Part shown: piece after piece, positions 17,631 to 27,415 of the stretch
Numbering within the stretch: position 1 is the stretch's first letter
How the letters are laid out: each line of letters starts with the position of its first letter
Source: an uncultured Candidatus Saccharibacteria bacterium
Lineage (GTDB): Bacteria; Patescibacteriota; Dojkabacteria; GCA-002793355
Reading direction: 5' to 3'
Assembly: GCA_964525295.1 (NCBI GenBank)
Contig: CAZGEO010000001.1
Location: 312,662-376,661 of the forward strand
DNA length: 64,000 nt
Made by a program: the position numbers and the translations under genes
Notes under the pieces: generated by a model
What the model saw: the letters and a program-made list of their open reading frames with translations, nothing else
Told to the model about the DNA's origin: nothing
Databases searched by the model: none

Positions 17631-20438
17631 TTACGAACTTTTCTTCGCTACAGCCACAATTCCTGCCCCCATTAACAGCAGTCCAATAATAGCCAAATAT
17701 ACCCACCAAGGAATCAAAAGAATTATGAATTGTAAACGGACATATAAAGCAAGAATCAAAAAGAGCAAACCACCCCAATGCAATACTTTTCTTGAATATA
17801 TCTGACCAAACAAGGTTATTCCTAACGACAATACAATGAGAATAAAGCCATACACCAACTGATTTGATTCGATGCCAACAGTTGACAGTTGCAATAGCGA
17901 AAATCCTTGTATTGCCACAGCAAATGCCTCAAATAGTTGAGTTTCCGTTTCGTTTTTATCAAGTGCTGACAAATACGCAAGCGTACCAATATACATTGTT
18001 GCAGGAACAACATACCATTGATTGGACACTTCTACCGTTGAGACGAGATTCCAAATCGCAAGCACCAAACCTATGCCCGCCAAGCGTTTATTTTTTGCCG
18101 AAATTGGAGCGAAAATCAAGCTTGCCGAAGAAAACAATAACCCAATTACCACCATCGCTGAATCGAACATTGTAGTTGCAAGTCCTTCAATCCCCGCGCC
18201 ACGAGCCCAGAAAAATGCTAACAAGTAGTGCAAAAACACCAAAAACGACATAACTCGCGAGAATGCAATAATACCTGGTCTAAAGTTTTCAGCAACATCT
18301 TTGTGTGAAAGTAGGTATCTAACTGCAATCTGAGACAACAATAGCAACAAAGAGATAAATAGCGCTTGCAAGCTGCCTGTAAAGTTAAAAATTTCTCCGA
18401 CATTAAATACCCAAACTATCGTAAACGCGCTCAAGAAGTAACCAATATACGGCTCTTTCGTTTCAACAAATACAGATAATAACGTTAATATAATTATTGC
18501 GCTCAAAAATACTGCTACCGATGAGGTCACTCCAATAGCCAAGAATGGCAAAACCGTCATCACAACTGCCAATAAAGTCGCATCCTTACGCATTGTTTTT
18601 AGATACTCACCAATATGCGGAATGGCTGCATATATGAGAAGCGGTAACAGCAATGCAATTCGCGACCATTCCAAATTAACCGTATCGGAGAAAATAACCG
18701 AATTCAAATAGTTAAAGAGTGTGCCTGTAGTTAAAAGCACAAACGGCAAGATAACAAAAGATACTTTTGTCCATTGTCGATGCGTCAATAGTATAGTCAA
18801 TCCAACAACCACAATTAAAAGTACCAAAACTCTCGCGAGGAGGTCTGGTTGAGAAAATACCATCCAACTGGCAAGAAGCAGAACTATTTCCACTATAGAA
18901 ACTACTCCCCAACGCTCATGTTCCACTTTCATGAAACCTGGACTGAGAACCGCATAAACTCCCAGAATGGCGAAGATAATACTGACAACCAAAAGGAGGT
19001 TTACCGGTAAAATTGCGTAGATAATTAGAAGTACTGGAAGAAGCGCAAAACCGTACAAGGGTTTTGCAGTATTTTTTAGCATTGGCAAGAGATGAACTAC
19101 CGTCAATAGTACTCCCGCAAGGAGTAATGTCATATCTTGTAGTTGAGATACCGCTTGCATAAATTCAAGCCCTGGGAACCGTCCCCAGGGTACTATAAAT
19201 ATCAGCACCAGAATGGCGATAATTGACGACCAGATTGTTTGAACCTGATAGTTTGCGGAATTCTTTGCAGCGTAGAAGAATTCCGCAAAGAGTACAGAGG
19301 CAACTAACGTCACGGCCACGCTCACTAACATGACAGTATCGCTTACAGCAAAGATTGTCAGAATGAACGCTAAGCGGGGAACGAACGATAATATCGCAAG
19401 CAATTCTTCAAGATGCTTTTTCGAATATATGGCGATTCCGATATCAAACAGGAAAGGAAGTAAAATCACTAGCAAAGCCACAATCCTATCAAATCCTACG
19501 AAATTACCCTGAAGAACTACTATAAATCCAATGAAATCAAGCAGGTGACCGATGCCTCGAGGAGTGTTTTCGAACAATGAATCTTTTTTCTCCCATAATG
19601 TCGTAATCAAGAAGAATGCGGTATTTAGCAACATTAGGAGTACAATCTGTAAAGTTGCTGACTCTGCATATGCAGACACAAAAGACAGTAACGCTGAGTA
19701 TAGTGACACGAGAAACAGGGTGACATATCTCCTCTGCTTCAGCGCTCCGAAAAGTAGAATATATACACCAGACAAGACAGCTCCATACCATAACCAATAC
19801 TTGGCGAAATCGATGCTTAACACCGAAAGATCCGCAAAATTCCAAATACCTAATCCTGCAAAACCTAACGAAATAGCGCCAACCAATGCGAATGTGGCTG
19901 AAGCTGCAGCAAATTTTTCTTTCGTTCTCAAAAAAAGGAATACTGCAAAAAATACGACAGGTACTAACAATATCAAGATGATTTTAAACATTGCAGAATA
20001 CATTTCCCACGTAAACGCTGCAAAAATAAATAGTGCAAACGAGAAGACAAACGCACCAAGATACAATAGAAAGGTCGAAGTATCTAGTGAGTTATGAGTT
20101 TTCACAACCGATGGCAACATGTCTGTTGCTTGCGCTGTCTTTTCTGTAATAGGCTGTACTTGATTACTCGACTCCCCTACTTTATTTTCAATATCAGCAA
20201 TTACTTCAGAAATGCTCGATTTTCCTTCTCTTTGAAGATTCTTTAAATAGCTTACAAACGATTTCAGCGAGAAATTTGTATTCCATTGATATTTTGATTC
20301 ACTCTTACGAGGTGAAACTTCGACAGTAGGAGTCTTTCTAAAAATCAAATAAATAACGCCTATAATTCCACCAAAACAGGCGATATTCCATAACAAACCT
20401 AACAAGAAAGTGGGCAGTTCCATTATCCATTTTAGCAA
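17631..20438 (-). CDS. Very large polytopic membrane protein (935 aa). Function unknown.
   Basis: A single uninterrupted ORF. The N-terminal ~120 aa are largely hydrophilic after one TM helix, followed by roughly 25-30 hydrophobic helices. I recognise no catalytic motif. Confidence 0.6.
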   Translation of the reverse strand: MLKWIMELPTFLLGLLWNIACFGGIIGVIYLIFRKTPTVEVSPRKSESKYQWNTNFSLKSFVSYLKNLQREGKSSISEVIADIENKVGESSNQVQPITEKTAQATDMLPSVVKTHNSLDTSTFLLYLGAFVFSFALFIFAAFTWEMYSAMFKIILILLVPVVFFAVFLFLRTKEKFAAASATFALVGAISLGFAGLGIWNFADLSVLSIDFAKYWLWYGAVLSGVYILLFGALKQRRYVTLFLVSLYSALLSFVSAYAESATLQIVLLMLLNTAFFLITTLWEKKDSLFENTPRGIGHLLDFIGFIVVLQGNFVGFDRIVALLVILLPFLFDIGIAIYSKKHLEELLAILSFVPRLAFILTIFAVSDTVMLVSVAVTLVASVLFAEFFYAAKNSANYQVQTIWSSIIAILVLIFIVPWGRFPGLEFMQAVSQLQDMTLLLAGVLLTVVHLLPMLKNTAKPLYGFALLPVLLIIYAILPVNLLLVVSIIFAILGVYAVLSPGFMKVEHERWGVVSIVEIVLLLASWMVFSQPDLLARVLVLLIVVVGLTILLTHRQWTKVSFVILPFVLLTTGTLFNYLNSVIFSDTVNLEWSRIALLLPLLIYAAIPHIGEYLKTMRKDATLLAVVMTVLPFLAIGVTSSVAVFLSAIIILTLLSVFVETKEPYIGYFLSAFTIVWVFNVGEIFNFTGSLQALFISLLLLLSQIAVRYLLSHKDVAENFRPGIIAFSRVMSFLVFLHYLLAFFWARGAGIEGLATTMFDSAMVVIGLLFSSASLIFAPISAKNKRLAGIGLVLAIWNLVSTVEVSNQWYVVPATMYIGTLAYLSALDKNETETQLFEAFAVAIQGFSLLQLSTVGIESNQLVYGFILIVLSLGITLFGQIYSRKVLHWGGLLFLILALYVRLQFIILLIPWWVYLAIIGLLLMGAGIVAVAKKSS

Positions 20439-20524
20439 GCATCAATAAAAATGCAATCTTTTCGCGACTTCATTTAATTCTATGAAAATAACGCCTACTT
20501 CAGTATTTTCGAAACATATGTAAA

Positions 20525-20553
20525 TTGAAAAGAATTCTTAAAAATGTTAAAAT
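20525..20553 (+). promoter_or_regulatory. Sigma70-like promoter: TTGAAA, 17-bp spacer, TAAAAT. The -10 box ends 6 nt before the ATG at 20560.
   Basis: ATTGAAAagaattcttaaaaatgtTAAAATccggtgATG. The geometry implies a leaderless femAB-family mRNA. Confidence 0.45.
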
Positions 20554-20556
20554 CCG

Positions 20557-21630
20557 GTGATGATTGAAATTCGCGAAGTTAATGATCAACAGAGCTGGGA
20601 CGTTGTTGCAGGCTCTACTCTATTACAACAATGGAAATGGGGTGAATTTCAACTTCGATATGGTAAAAAAGTCTGGCGATTAGGTGCCTACGAGAACGAC
20701 ACTCTTCTTGCAGTTGCTTTAGTTACCTTAGTGCGATCTAAACTTCGCTCACATCTATACATTTCAAACGGTCCAGTTATAGCTGGTACTACCCTTTACC
20801 AAGAAGATGCAGCCAATGTCGCCAAGTTAACGCAACAATTTTTGCATTACATTAAGAAAAAGATTGCAACTCTCGATACGCATTTTGTCAGAATCGATCC
20901 TCTCGTCGTTAATACTGACGAAAACATTAAAGAATTCAAAAAAATCGGAGTACGACTATCTTCAACATATGTACAGCCCGAAAAAACAATACTTATTGAC
21001 TTAACACAAAGCGAAGAAGAAATTCTTGCAGGGATGAGCACAACTACCCGCTATGGCGTCAAAAAGGGGGCAAAAGACGGCATTACCATCACCAAGTCAA
21101 CAAATGAACAAGACTTCGATGTTTTCTGGAAAATGTACGAAGAAACAGTTAAAGAAAAACAATTTGTTTCCTATTCAAAAAAATATTACAAGACTCAATT
21201 CGACACATTCAAAGATTCTGGAAATTACGCAGTATATCTCGCAAAAGAAGGTGACACTCCGTTAGTTGCATCACTCATCGCCTATGATACAAAATCTGCC
21301 TACTATCTTCACACCGGTAGACGTTATGTCGAAAGTAAAGCATCAAAACACGCTTCAAAAGTATTAGTATGGGAAGCGATCAAAGATGCCAAGGCGCTAG
21401 GGAAAGAATCTTTCAACTTATACGGCATCGCCAAAAATGATAATAGTTTATTAGACCCCTGGGCAGGATTAACCGAATTCAAAAAAGGATTTGGTGGCCA
21501 AATTATTGAATATGCTGGCGCATTTGATTATCCATTAACGCCAAATTACTGGTTTATTCGAATTTTAGAAAAAACTCGACGAATCTGGGGATATCCATAC
21601 TTTCTTCTCAAACAAATACTGAGAAAATAG
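20557..21630 (+). CDS. FemAB-family protein (peptidoglycan interpeptide-bridge aminoacyl transferase-like, GNAT fold).
   Basis: 357 aa. The N-terminus MIEIREVNDQQSWD...WGEFQ and the overall length are typical of FemX/FemAB family proteins. The probable true start is the ATG at 20560. Confidence 0.55.
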   Translation: MMIEIREVNDQQSWDVVAGSTLLQQWKWGEFQLRYGKKVWRLGAYENDTLLAVALVTLVRSKLRSHLYISNGPVIAGTTLYQEDAANVAKLTQQFLHYIKKKIATLDTHFVRIDPLVVNTDENIKEFKKIGVRLSSTYVQPEKTILIDLTQSEEEILAGMSTTTRYGVKKGAKDGITITKSTNEQDFDVFWKMYEETVKEKQFVSYSKKYYKTQFDTFKDSGNYAVYLAKEGDTPLVASLIAYDTKSAYYLHTGRRYVESKASKHASKVLVWEAIKDAKALGKESFNLYGIAKNDNSLLDPWAGLTEFKKGFGGQIIEYAGAFDYPLTPNYWFIRILEKTRRIWGYPYFLLKQILRK

Positions 21631-21644
21631 TAAAACTGTTTGTA

Positions 21645-22955
21645 TTACCCGCAGAACTTTGGCTCCAACATGTATGGGCCTGGATTTACTTCTTGTAATC
21701 GTCCTTTCTTCAAAAAACCACCGTGGTTCAATTGAAAGTGTAGGTGCGTGCCTGTAGAAGTACCTGTATTACCCATTTTTGCTATTATTTGCCCTCGTGT
21801 CACAACATCGCCTACTCCGACTTTCAATGAATTCGCCAATAAGTGACCATATAGCGTTGAATAACCATTCCCGTGATCAATTTCAACGACCCACGCATAA
21901 CCACCACAAGGAGATCCCCACATGCCCGGGGTACAGTGAACACCTGCGTAAGTTACTCTTCCTGGGGCCGAAGCAACGATGTCTGGATTACTCTTTCCAC
22001 CTGATGCTATGTCAATGCCATCGTGATAGGCAGAGAAACAACGACTAAATTGCCCCGCATACCCTGCAACTGGCCAAGAAAGGAACTTTGTGGCGGTGGG
22101 TGGAGTAAAAGTACCTGATTTATTCTTACTATAAATGACCGTACTCTTTTTAACAGGAACTGGCGTTGGCTTAAATGGTGCGACACCTGGAATGAATAAA
22201 ACCTGCCCTTCTGCAATTGCAAAAGGAGGCGCAAGAAAGTTCGTCTCTGCGATAGTTGCTTGATCTACTTTGAATTTTGCTGAAACAATTTCTAGGTTTT
22301 CACCCGACAAAACAGTATACTGACTCCCCGTTGCGGGAGGAATTTTAACAACAGAACCGGCTTTTGGTTGAAAACCTACCTGAAAATTATTTGCCCAGCG
22401 AATACTATCTGCGCTAACATCCCAAGCGACCGCAATATTTTGAATAGTATCACCCCCAATAGTGTCTCCGTAAGTAACAACATACTCTTCCATATCGATT
22501 CTTTTTACATCTTTTGGCAACAATGTTGTTAAGGAACCTGCCTCAATTGCAATATCTACCTGATTAGATGCAAAAACGACCTGCTGTTCAACCGGCACAT
22601 ACTGTTCAACAACTCTTGGTGTTAATCCTTGCCCAACAATCCACGTAAAAAGAACTGAAACCACAATAAAAAATAGTATTGATTGCGCAAAAAGAGCAAA
22701 AACATTGCCTCTTCCCCAATAGAAAAGCTGTAATGTATCTACACGAAGGTTAATAAGCGCCTTTTCTATCTGCAATAGGAATGAAAGGAAACCTGAAATT
22801 AAACTCAAAAAACGGGTTATCAACCAACCGACAATCTGAACCAAGAAAGTTCCTGGACCTAATTTCTCTGTGTTTGGTAAATCGGTAAATAACTTACTCT
22901 GCTTTTTCGACTGAAGGATCTGCGTATAATCTGTACCTAGCAATTGCTCTGCCAA
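21645..22955 (-). CDS. M23-family metallopeptidase with an N-terminal membrane anchor and two LysM-like domains.
   Basis: The C-terminal HDGIDIASG...GYSTLYGHL...GNTGTSTGTHLHFQL is the M23 HxxxD/HxH signature. The LysM-like segments are YVVTYGDTIGGDTIQNIAVAW and YTVLSGENLEIVSAKFKV. The track start is TTG. Confidence 0.75.
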   Translation of the reverse strand: MAEQLLGTDYTQILQSKKQSKLFTDLPNTEKLGPGTFLVQIVGWLITRFLSLISGFLSFLLQIEKALINLRVDTLQLFYWGRGNVFALFAQSILFFIVVSVLFTWIVGQGLTPRVVEQYVPVEQQVVFASNQVDIAIEAGSLTTLLPKDVKRIDMEEYVVTYGDTIGGDTIQNIAVAWDVSADSIRWANNFQVGFQPKAGSVVKIPPATGSQYTVLSGENLEIVSAKFKVDQATIAETNFLAPPFAIAEGQVLFIPGVAPFKPTPVPVKKSTVIYSKNKSGTFTPPTATKFLSWPVAGYAGQFSRCFSAYHDGIDIASGGKSNPDIVASAPGRVTYAGVHCTPGMWGSPCGGYAWVVEIDHGNGYSTLYGHLLANSLKVGVGDVVTRGQIIAKMGNTGTSTGTHLHFQLNHGGFLKKGRLQEVNPGPYMLEPKFCG

Positions 22956-23111
22956 AATTTTCTTTTTTATACATTATGCCTTTTTTCGGAACTTTTAGTG
23001 TATAGGCGTTTATTATTATACCACAAACACTACTTGTTATTTAATTCGCAATTGTCAATTATCGATTCTCAATTTCTCTCAGTTTCTTCAGTTCTGTACC
23101 CAATATCGTGA

Positions 23112-24518
23112 CTAATCAAGAGTATATTCACTACCTGGTTCTGGAGTAACTGCATTTAACTGCAATTCATTTTTTACCAATTGCGCAAAAATTGTTCTAT
23201 TCGTTTGGTCTCCGTGAGTTACAAAAACTTCACGTGGAGAGTGACCAAAACTTCGTAACCAATAGAGTAAATCATGCTGATCGGCATGGGCAGAAAATCC
23301 GTTCAATGTATGCACTTTTGCGCGAACCGGAACATCAACTCCATGAATTCTTACCATATTTGCTCCATCAACAATACGTCTTCCAAGAGTACCTGGAACT
23401 TGAAAACCTACGAACACAATATGCGCATCTTTCATCGGCAATGTATTCATCAAATGGTGTAATACTCTACCGCCAGTACACATACCGCTCCCAGCCATAA
23501 TCAATGCACCGCGTTCACCAGCCAACCGCTTAGAATCATGCACATTCTCGGTATATTCTAAACCTCTGAATGAAAATGGATCATCGCCAGAACGGACCAA
23601 CGACATAGCGTCTTCATCATAATATTTCTTATACGCACGAAAAATTTCAGTTGCTTTGATTGCGAGTGGGCTATCTAGATATACTTTCAGCCCTTTCAGG
23701 AGCTTTCGTTCAATAAATAAGTTAATTTCGTACAAAAGTTCTTGAGTTCTTTCAACTGCGAAGGTTGGAATAATAACGCGAGATTTATCTTTTGCAGCTT
23801 CATTTAAGATTGAAAGTAATTCGAGCAATGTTTCATTCTTATCGCGGTGATTACGCCCTCCATAAGTACTTTCCATGACAACGTAATCTGCTTCTCGAAT
23901 AAAATCTGGATCACGAATAATTCTCGCTCCGGTTTGCCCGAGGTCTCCTGAAAGAACTAATTTTCTTTCACGACCTTGCGAGTTGTTATACCAAATTTCG
24001 AATGTTACTGAACCTAGAATGTGACCTGCTTCACGCATTCTGAAAGAAAAATCCCTCAGTTTTACTATTTCACCATACGGATACACCTCAAATTTCTGCA
24101 TAACTGCATCAATATCATCGCGGGTATAAATTGGTTCACCTCTAGAATAACCACTTTCTTCTGGGCTACTTCTTCCTGATGATTTCAAAAAATTTGCGTC
24201 TTCTTCTTGAATCTTTGCTGCGTCAAGCATTATGATTTCTGCAAGACTTTTGGTCGCATCAGTACAAATAATTTTGCCTGCAAACCCATGTTTCACTAAC
24301 TTCGGCAACAAACCAACATGGTCAAGGTGCGCATGGGTCAATAAAACGTAATCAATGCGAGCGGGATCGAATGGAAAAGGTTCATAATTTAAACGTTCTA
24401 CCTCAGCCTCTCCTTGGAACATACCACAGTCGACTATTGCCGAGGTACTATCAAATTCCAACAAATATGACGATCCTGTAACGATTCCTCCAGTTGCCCC
24501 TAGAAATTTAATTTTCAT
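23112..24518 (-). CDS. Metallo-beta-lactamase-fold beta-CASP family RNA-metabolising hydrolase (RNase J / CPSF-like).
   Basis: LTHAHLDHVG is the MBL motif. The ~468 aa length includes a beta-CASP-like middle region and a C-terminal RNA-specificity-domain-like region. Confidence 0.7.
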   Translation of the reverse strand: MKIKFLGATGGIVTGSSYLLEFDSTSAIVDCGMFQGEAEVERLNYEPFPFDPARIDYVLLTHAHLDHVGLLPKLVKHGFAGKIICTDATKSLAEIIMLDAAKIQEEDANFLKSSGRSSPEESGYSRGEPIYTRDDIDAVMQKFEVYPYGEIVKLRDFSFRMREAGHILGSVTFEIWYNNSQGRERKLVLSGDLGQTGARIIRDPDFIREADYVVMESTYGGRNHRDKNETLLELLSILNEAAKDKSRVIIPTFAVERTQELLYEINLFIERKLLKGLKVYLDSPLAIKATEIFRAYKKYYDEDAMSLVRSGDDPFSFRGLEYTENVHDSKRLAGERGALIMAGSGMCTGGRVLHHLMNTLPMKDAHIVFVGFQVPGTLGRRIVDGANMVRIHGVDVPVRAKVHTLNGFSAHADQHDLLYWLRSFGHSPREVFVTHGDQTNRTIFAQLVKNELQLNAVTPEPGSEYTLD

Positions 24519-24539
24519 TAGATTCTCCTGACAAATAAA

Positions 24540-26048
24540 CTACTTCACTTCAACCCAGGCATCTTGTTTGCCATCGAGTTGTTTAATTGCTAAGTCTAAT
24601 CGCACCTGAGCCTCACTATAAATGGTTGCAACCGTGTCACCAATGTTTAATCTGTCACCAACTTGATGATGAAGATAAATTCCCGCACCCTTAGAATACG
24701 GTGCACCTAATGCTCGAGTTATTTGCACAATCTGCTGATTGTGGAATAACGAAATAATACCCGATTTCGTTGATTTAATTTCATAAGAAAAGGCCCCTGG
24801 TTTCATATCATCACCTTTAACTATCTTGACTGCGCCTTGCGCCTTAGCTATCTGCCAGAATTTTTTATACGCTTCACCAGACTCAAGGTTTTCTCGCAAA
24901 ATTTCATGAGCGCCCTGATAGGTATACTTACCCGTAAGAGCGATCAGTTGGGCTGCCATATCGATAGTTAGATTTTCGAGGCCGACTGGTCGGCGTTTGT
25001 CTCGTTCAAGAATCCAAAGAATATCGCGAGCTTCGAGAATTGGACCAATTCCATTTCCATCAGGGCCTTTTGCCTGACGTTTATACACATGTACTTTAAT
25101 ATTGAATTTTTCAAACAATTCCTCGAAATGTGATGCGACTTCAGGGACATCTTCTACGGGGACTTTTGCAGTTTCTCCATATGGAAGATCAAGAAGTACG
25201 TGAGTTACGCCAGCTGCAATCTTTTTAGCAATGATACTGACAATAAATTTGTCATACGATTCGATATGAAGTGGTTTCTCAATCTGAATCAGAATATCGT
25301 CTGCTGGAGCTAAATCAAGCCCACCACCCCACACTAAACACCCATTTGTTTCTGTTACAACTCGGCGAATTTCCTCTTCGGTAAGAGCCACGGGCATCAT
25401 TGTTTCGAGTACGTCAGAAGTACCTGCAGGAGTGGTGATAGCACGAGTACTTGTATTTGGAATAACAAACCCCAATGATGCCATCATTGAAACTAATACA
25501 GGCGTAACTCCTTTGGCGGGAAGCCCACCAATTGAGTGTTTGTCTACTACAATTTTGCCTTTATTTGCACCAAAATCAAGCATTACTCCTGTTTCAGCCA
25601 TTGCCTTAGCCAAAAAGTACATTTCTTCTTCATCGAAGCCTGGATTATACGAAGCTGAAGCGAAATAAGTCATTTCAATAGGGGTAACCCGTCGCTTTGC
25701 AATATCAAACATTATCTCTTTGATTTCTTCGTAGGTAAGTTTACTACCAAGAATCTTCTTACGAATGAATTTTACAGACTGCGCCTGCCCCTGCACTTCA
25801 ACCGCAACACGATCGAGTTCTGATATCGGATAACTTCCCCACAACGCTGCAGGTAACCCGATATGGCCATCATCAACCATAGTATCAGAAATGACAGCTA
25901 GCGCACCGGTTTCATATCCAACAAAAAACAAATCAATCAAATCACCTTCTTTGATACCGAACTGATCAGCTGTAAAACGATTTAAATAGACTTCCAGGGA
26001 TATATTGTCACCTAGGATATCTAACTTCTTGGGGCGTAGATAAATCAT
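24540..26048 (-). CDS. AMP phosphorylase / thymidine phosphorylase family (archaeal-type long form, 502 aa).
   Basis: Pyrimidine-nucleoside-phosphorylase family glycine-rich segments: SIGGLPAKGVTPVLVSMMASLG, the phosphate-binding region, and a C-terminal alpha/beta domain. The N-terminal extension of about 60 aa matches archaeal AMP phosphorylases rather than the bacterial ~440-aa thymidine phosphorylase. Confidence 0.7.
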   Translation of the reverse strand: MIYLRPKKLDILGDNISLEVYLNRFTADQFGIKEGDLIDLFFVGYETGALAVISDTMVDDGHIGLPAALWGSYPISELDRVAVEVQGQAQSVKFIRKKILGSKLTYEEIKEIMFDIAKRRVTPIEMTYFASASYNPGFDEEEMYFLAKAMAETGVMLDFGANKGKIVVDKHSIGGLPAKGVTPVLVSMMASLGFVIPNTSTRAITTPAGTSDVLETMMPVALTEEEIRRVVTETNGCLVWGGGLDLAPADDILIQIEKPLHIESYDKFIVSIIAKKIAAGVTHVLLDLPYGETAKVPVEDVPEVASHFEELFEKFNIKVHVYKRQAKGPDGNGIGPILEARDILWILERDKRRPVGLENLTIDMAAQLIALTGKYTYQGAHEILRENLESGEAYKKFWQIAKAQGAVKIVKGDDMKPGAFSYEIKSTKSGIISLFHNQQIVQITRALGAPYSKGAGIYLHHQVGDRLNIGDTVATIYSEAQVRLDLAIKQLDGKQDAWVEVK

Positions 26049-26053
26049 TTGTC

Positions 26054-26082
26054 AGTATAGCAAGACAATTGTGATTTCTCAA
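26054..26082 (-). promoter_or_regulatory. Sigma70-like promoter: TTGAGA, 17-bp spacer, TATACT. It lies 5 nt upstream of the AMP phosphorylase ATG.
   Basis: Minus-strand sequence is TTGAGAaatcacaattgtcttgcTATACTgacaaATG. Confidence 0.45.
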
Positions 26083-26242
26083 TAATAATCCTCGGTATAA
26101 ATGCCACGTCACCATTGTGACATGCAGGTTTTCAACCTGCGGGGAAGTGTATTTCTTGCAATATATGCATTCTCAAACGTTCTCATCACCGCGCTAAAGC
26201 ACGGCGTTTCTCGCAATCAAATAAACTACAATCAAAGAATAG

Positions 26243-26905
26243 CTATTGTAGAAGATATTTACTTGAAAATTCATACTCTAGATACACACTCCAATTTTTG
26301 CGAAGTATACAGAAATCCACTTCGGGCCAGCAATTCTGCAATTTACAAATTTCGTTAATGCCGTACAATTCATAGACCTCATTCTGCTTCGGAGGTTGCC
26401 CCAAATTATACGAATATACGACAAAGACATCATCAAAAATAAGTTCTTTTGCAGGCGTAAGAATTCGCTTCATGTGAAGACTGTCAAATACAAATTGTTC
26501 AGCGTCTAAATTCCCACCCGTAATCATATCTGCACTTCTCTTCAATTCATCTCGAATAGAATATTCGCGAAACAGTTGAGAACTAGGTAAGTTATAAAAT
26601 ATTCCAGAATCAGTTTCATGCCTTTTCAAAACGTATTTATTCTGAAACTTCAGTATAAATCCAACTATTAAACTCTTAACTGGAAATTCTAGCAAAGTTT
26701 CGTGTTCGAAAGACTCAGCTTTTTTGATTCCTTGCAACGTGATGAAGTACTTATCATCTCGTTTCTCAATCAAATCTTCGGCAATCAACTTGTTAAGGTG
26801 AAACAAAAAATTATCTTCTTGCGTATAGTTTTTTGCTACTGTCGTATATTTACTACCGTTTTTTCGCAACAATCTCGCCAATATTTCTCGTTGAATGTAA
26901 TGCAT
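26243..26905 (-). CDS. Hypothetical protein with an N-terminal winged-helix-like segment.
   Basis: 220 aa. MHYIQREILARLLRKNGSKYTTVAKN resembles a wHTH. I tested the C-terminal region for a Nudix box and it is not convincing. Confidence 0.4.
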   Translation of the reverse strand: MHYIQREILARLLRKNGSKYTTVAKNYTQEDNFLFHLNKLIAEDLIEKRDDKYFITLQGIKKAESFEHETLLEFPVKSLIVGFILKFQNKYVLKRHETDSGIFYNLPSSQLFREYSIRDELKRSADMITGGNLDAEQFVFDSLHMKRILTPAKELIFDDVFVVYSYNLGQPPKQNEVYELYGINEICKLQNCWPEVDFCILRKNWSVYLEYEFSSKYLLQ

Positions 26906-27000
26906 TACCTTTATGATACCTTAGTTTTTAGGGTATTACACTACCCTAGTTAAATTCTAAGAATAAGCGAAAATAGAGAATTAAATTAAATATTTCTATA

Positions 27001-27378
27001 GTGAAAAAAATAACAAAGCTATTTGCCACGTGCTTACTAGTTACTGATTTAGAAAAATCTCTTAATTTTTACGAGAAAAAATTGGGACTACAGAAAAAAT
27101 TTGAAAATGATGGATTTGTTGACTTCGAATTGGGTGAAACTGGGCTTGCATTATTTCAACAGAACAAGGCAACTGCAATGTTTCCGATAGAACATATGAA
27201 ACCAACCGGTGGAAGTTTTCTTATCGGATTTCAAGTTTCAGATCTTTACGCATATTGTAAATCACTTGGAGAAATTGGAGTCAAAGTTTTTGAAGGACCA
27301 AAAACAACCACATGGGGGCAAAAAGTCGCATATATCAAGGATCCCGATGAGAATATTATTGAAATTTCAGAAGAATAA
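27001..27378 (+). CDS. VOC-family protein (glyoxalase / bleomycin-resistance fold). GTG start.
   Basis: ITKLFATCLLVTDLEKSLNFYEKKLGLQ is the typical VOC N-terminal beta-alpha-beta-beta-beta module. 125 aa. Confidence 0.6.
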   Translation: MKKITKLFATCLLVTDLEKSLNFYEKKLGLQKKFENDGFVDFELGETGLALFQQNKATAMFPIEHMKPTGGSFLIGFQVSDLYAYCKSLGEIGVKVFEGPKTTTWGQKVAYIKDPDENIIEISEE

Positions 27379-27415
27379 AGATTGAAAAGATTACTACAGG
27401 ATAGTATAATACCAC

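Noticed and set aside
26101-26358. Plus-strand 85-aa ORF in the AMP phosphorylase upstream region.
   Set aside because: It overlaps the promoter region of the minus-strand phosphorylase gene and the 3' end of the 26243-26905 gene. It has no start-codon context, and its composition looks like a translated regulatory region.
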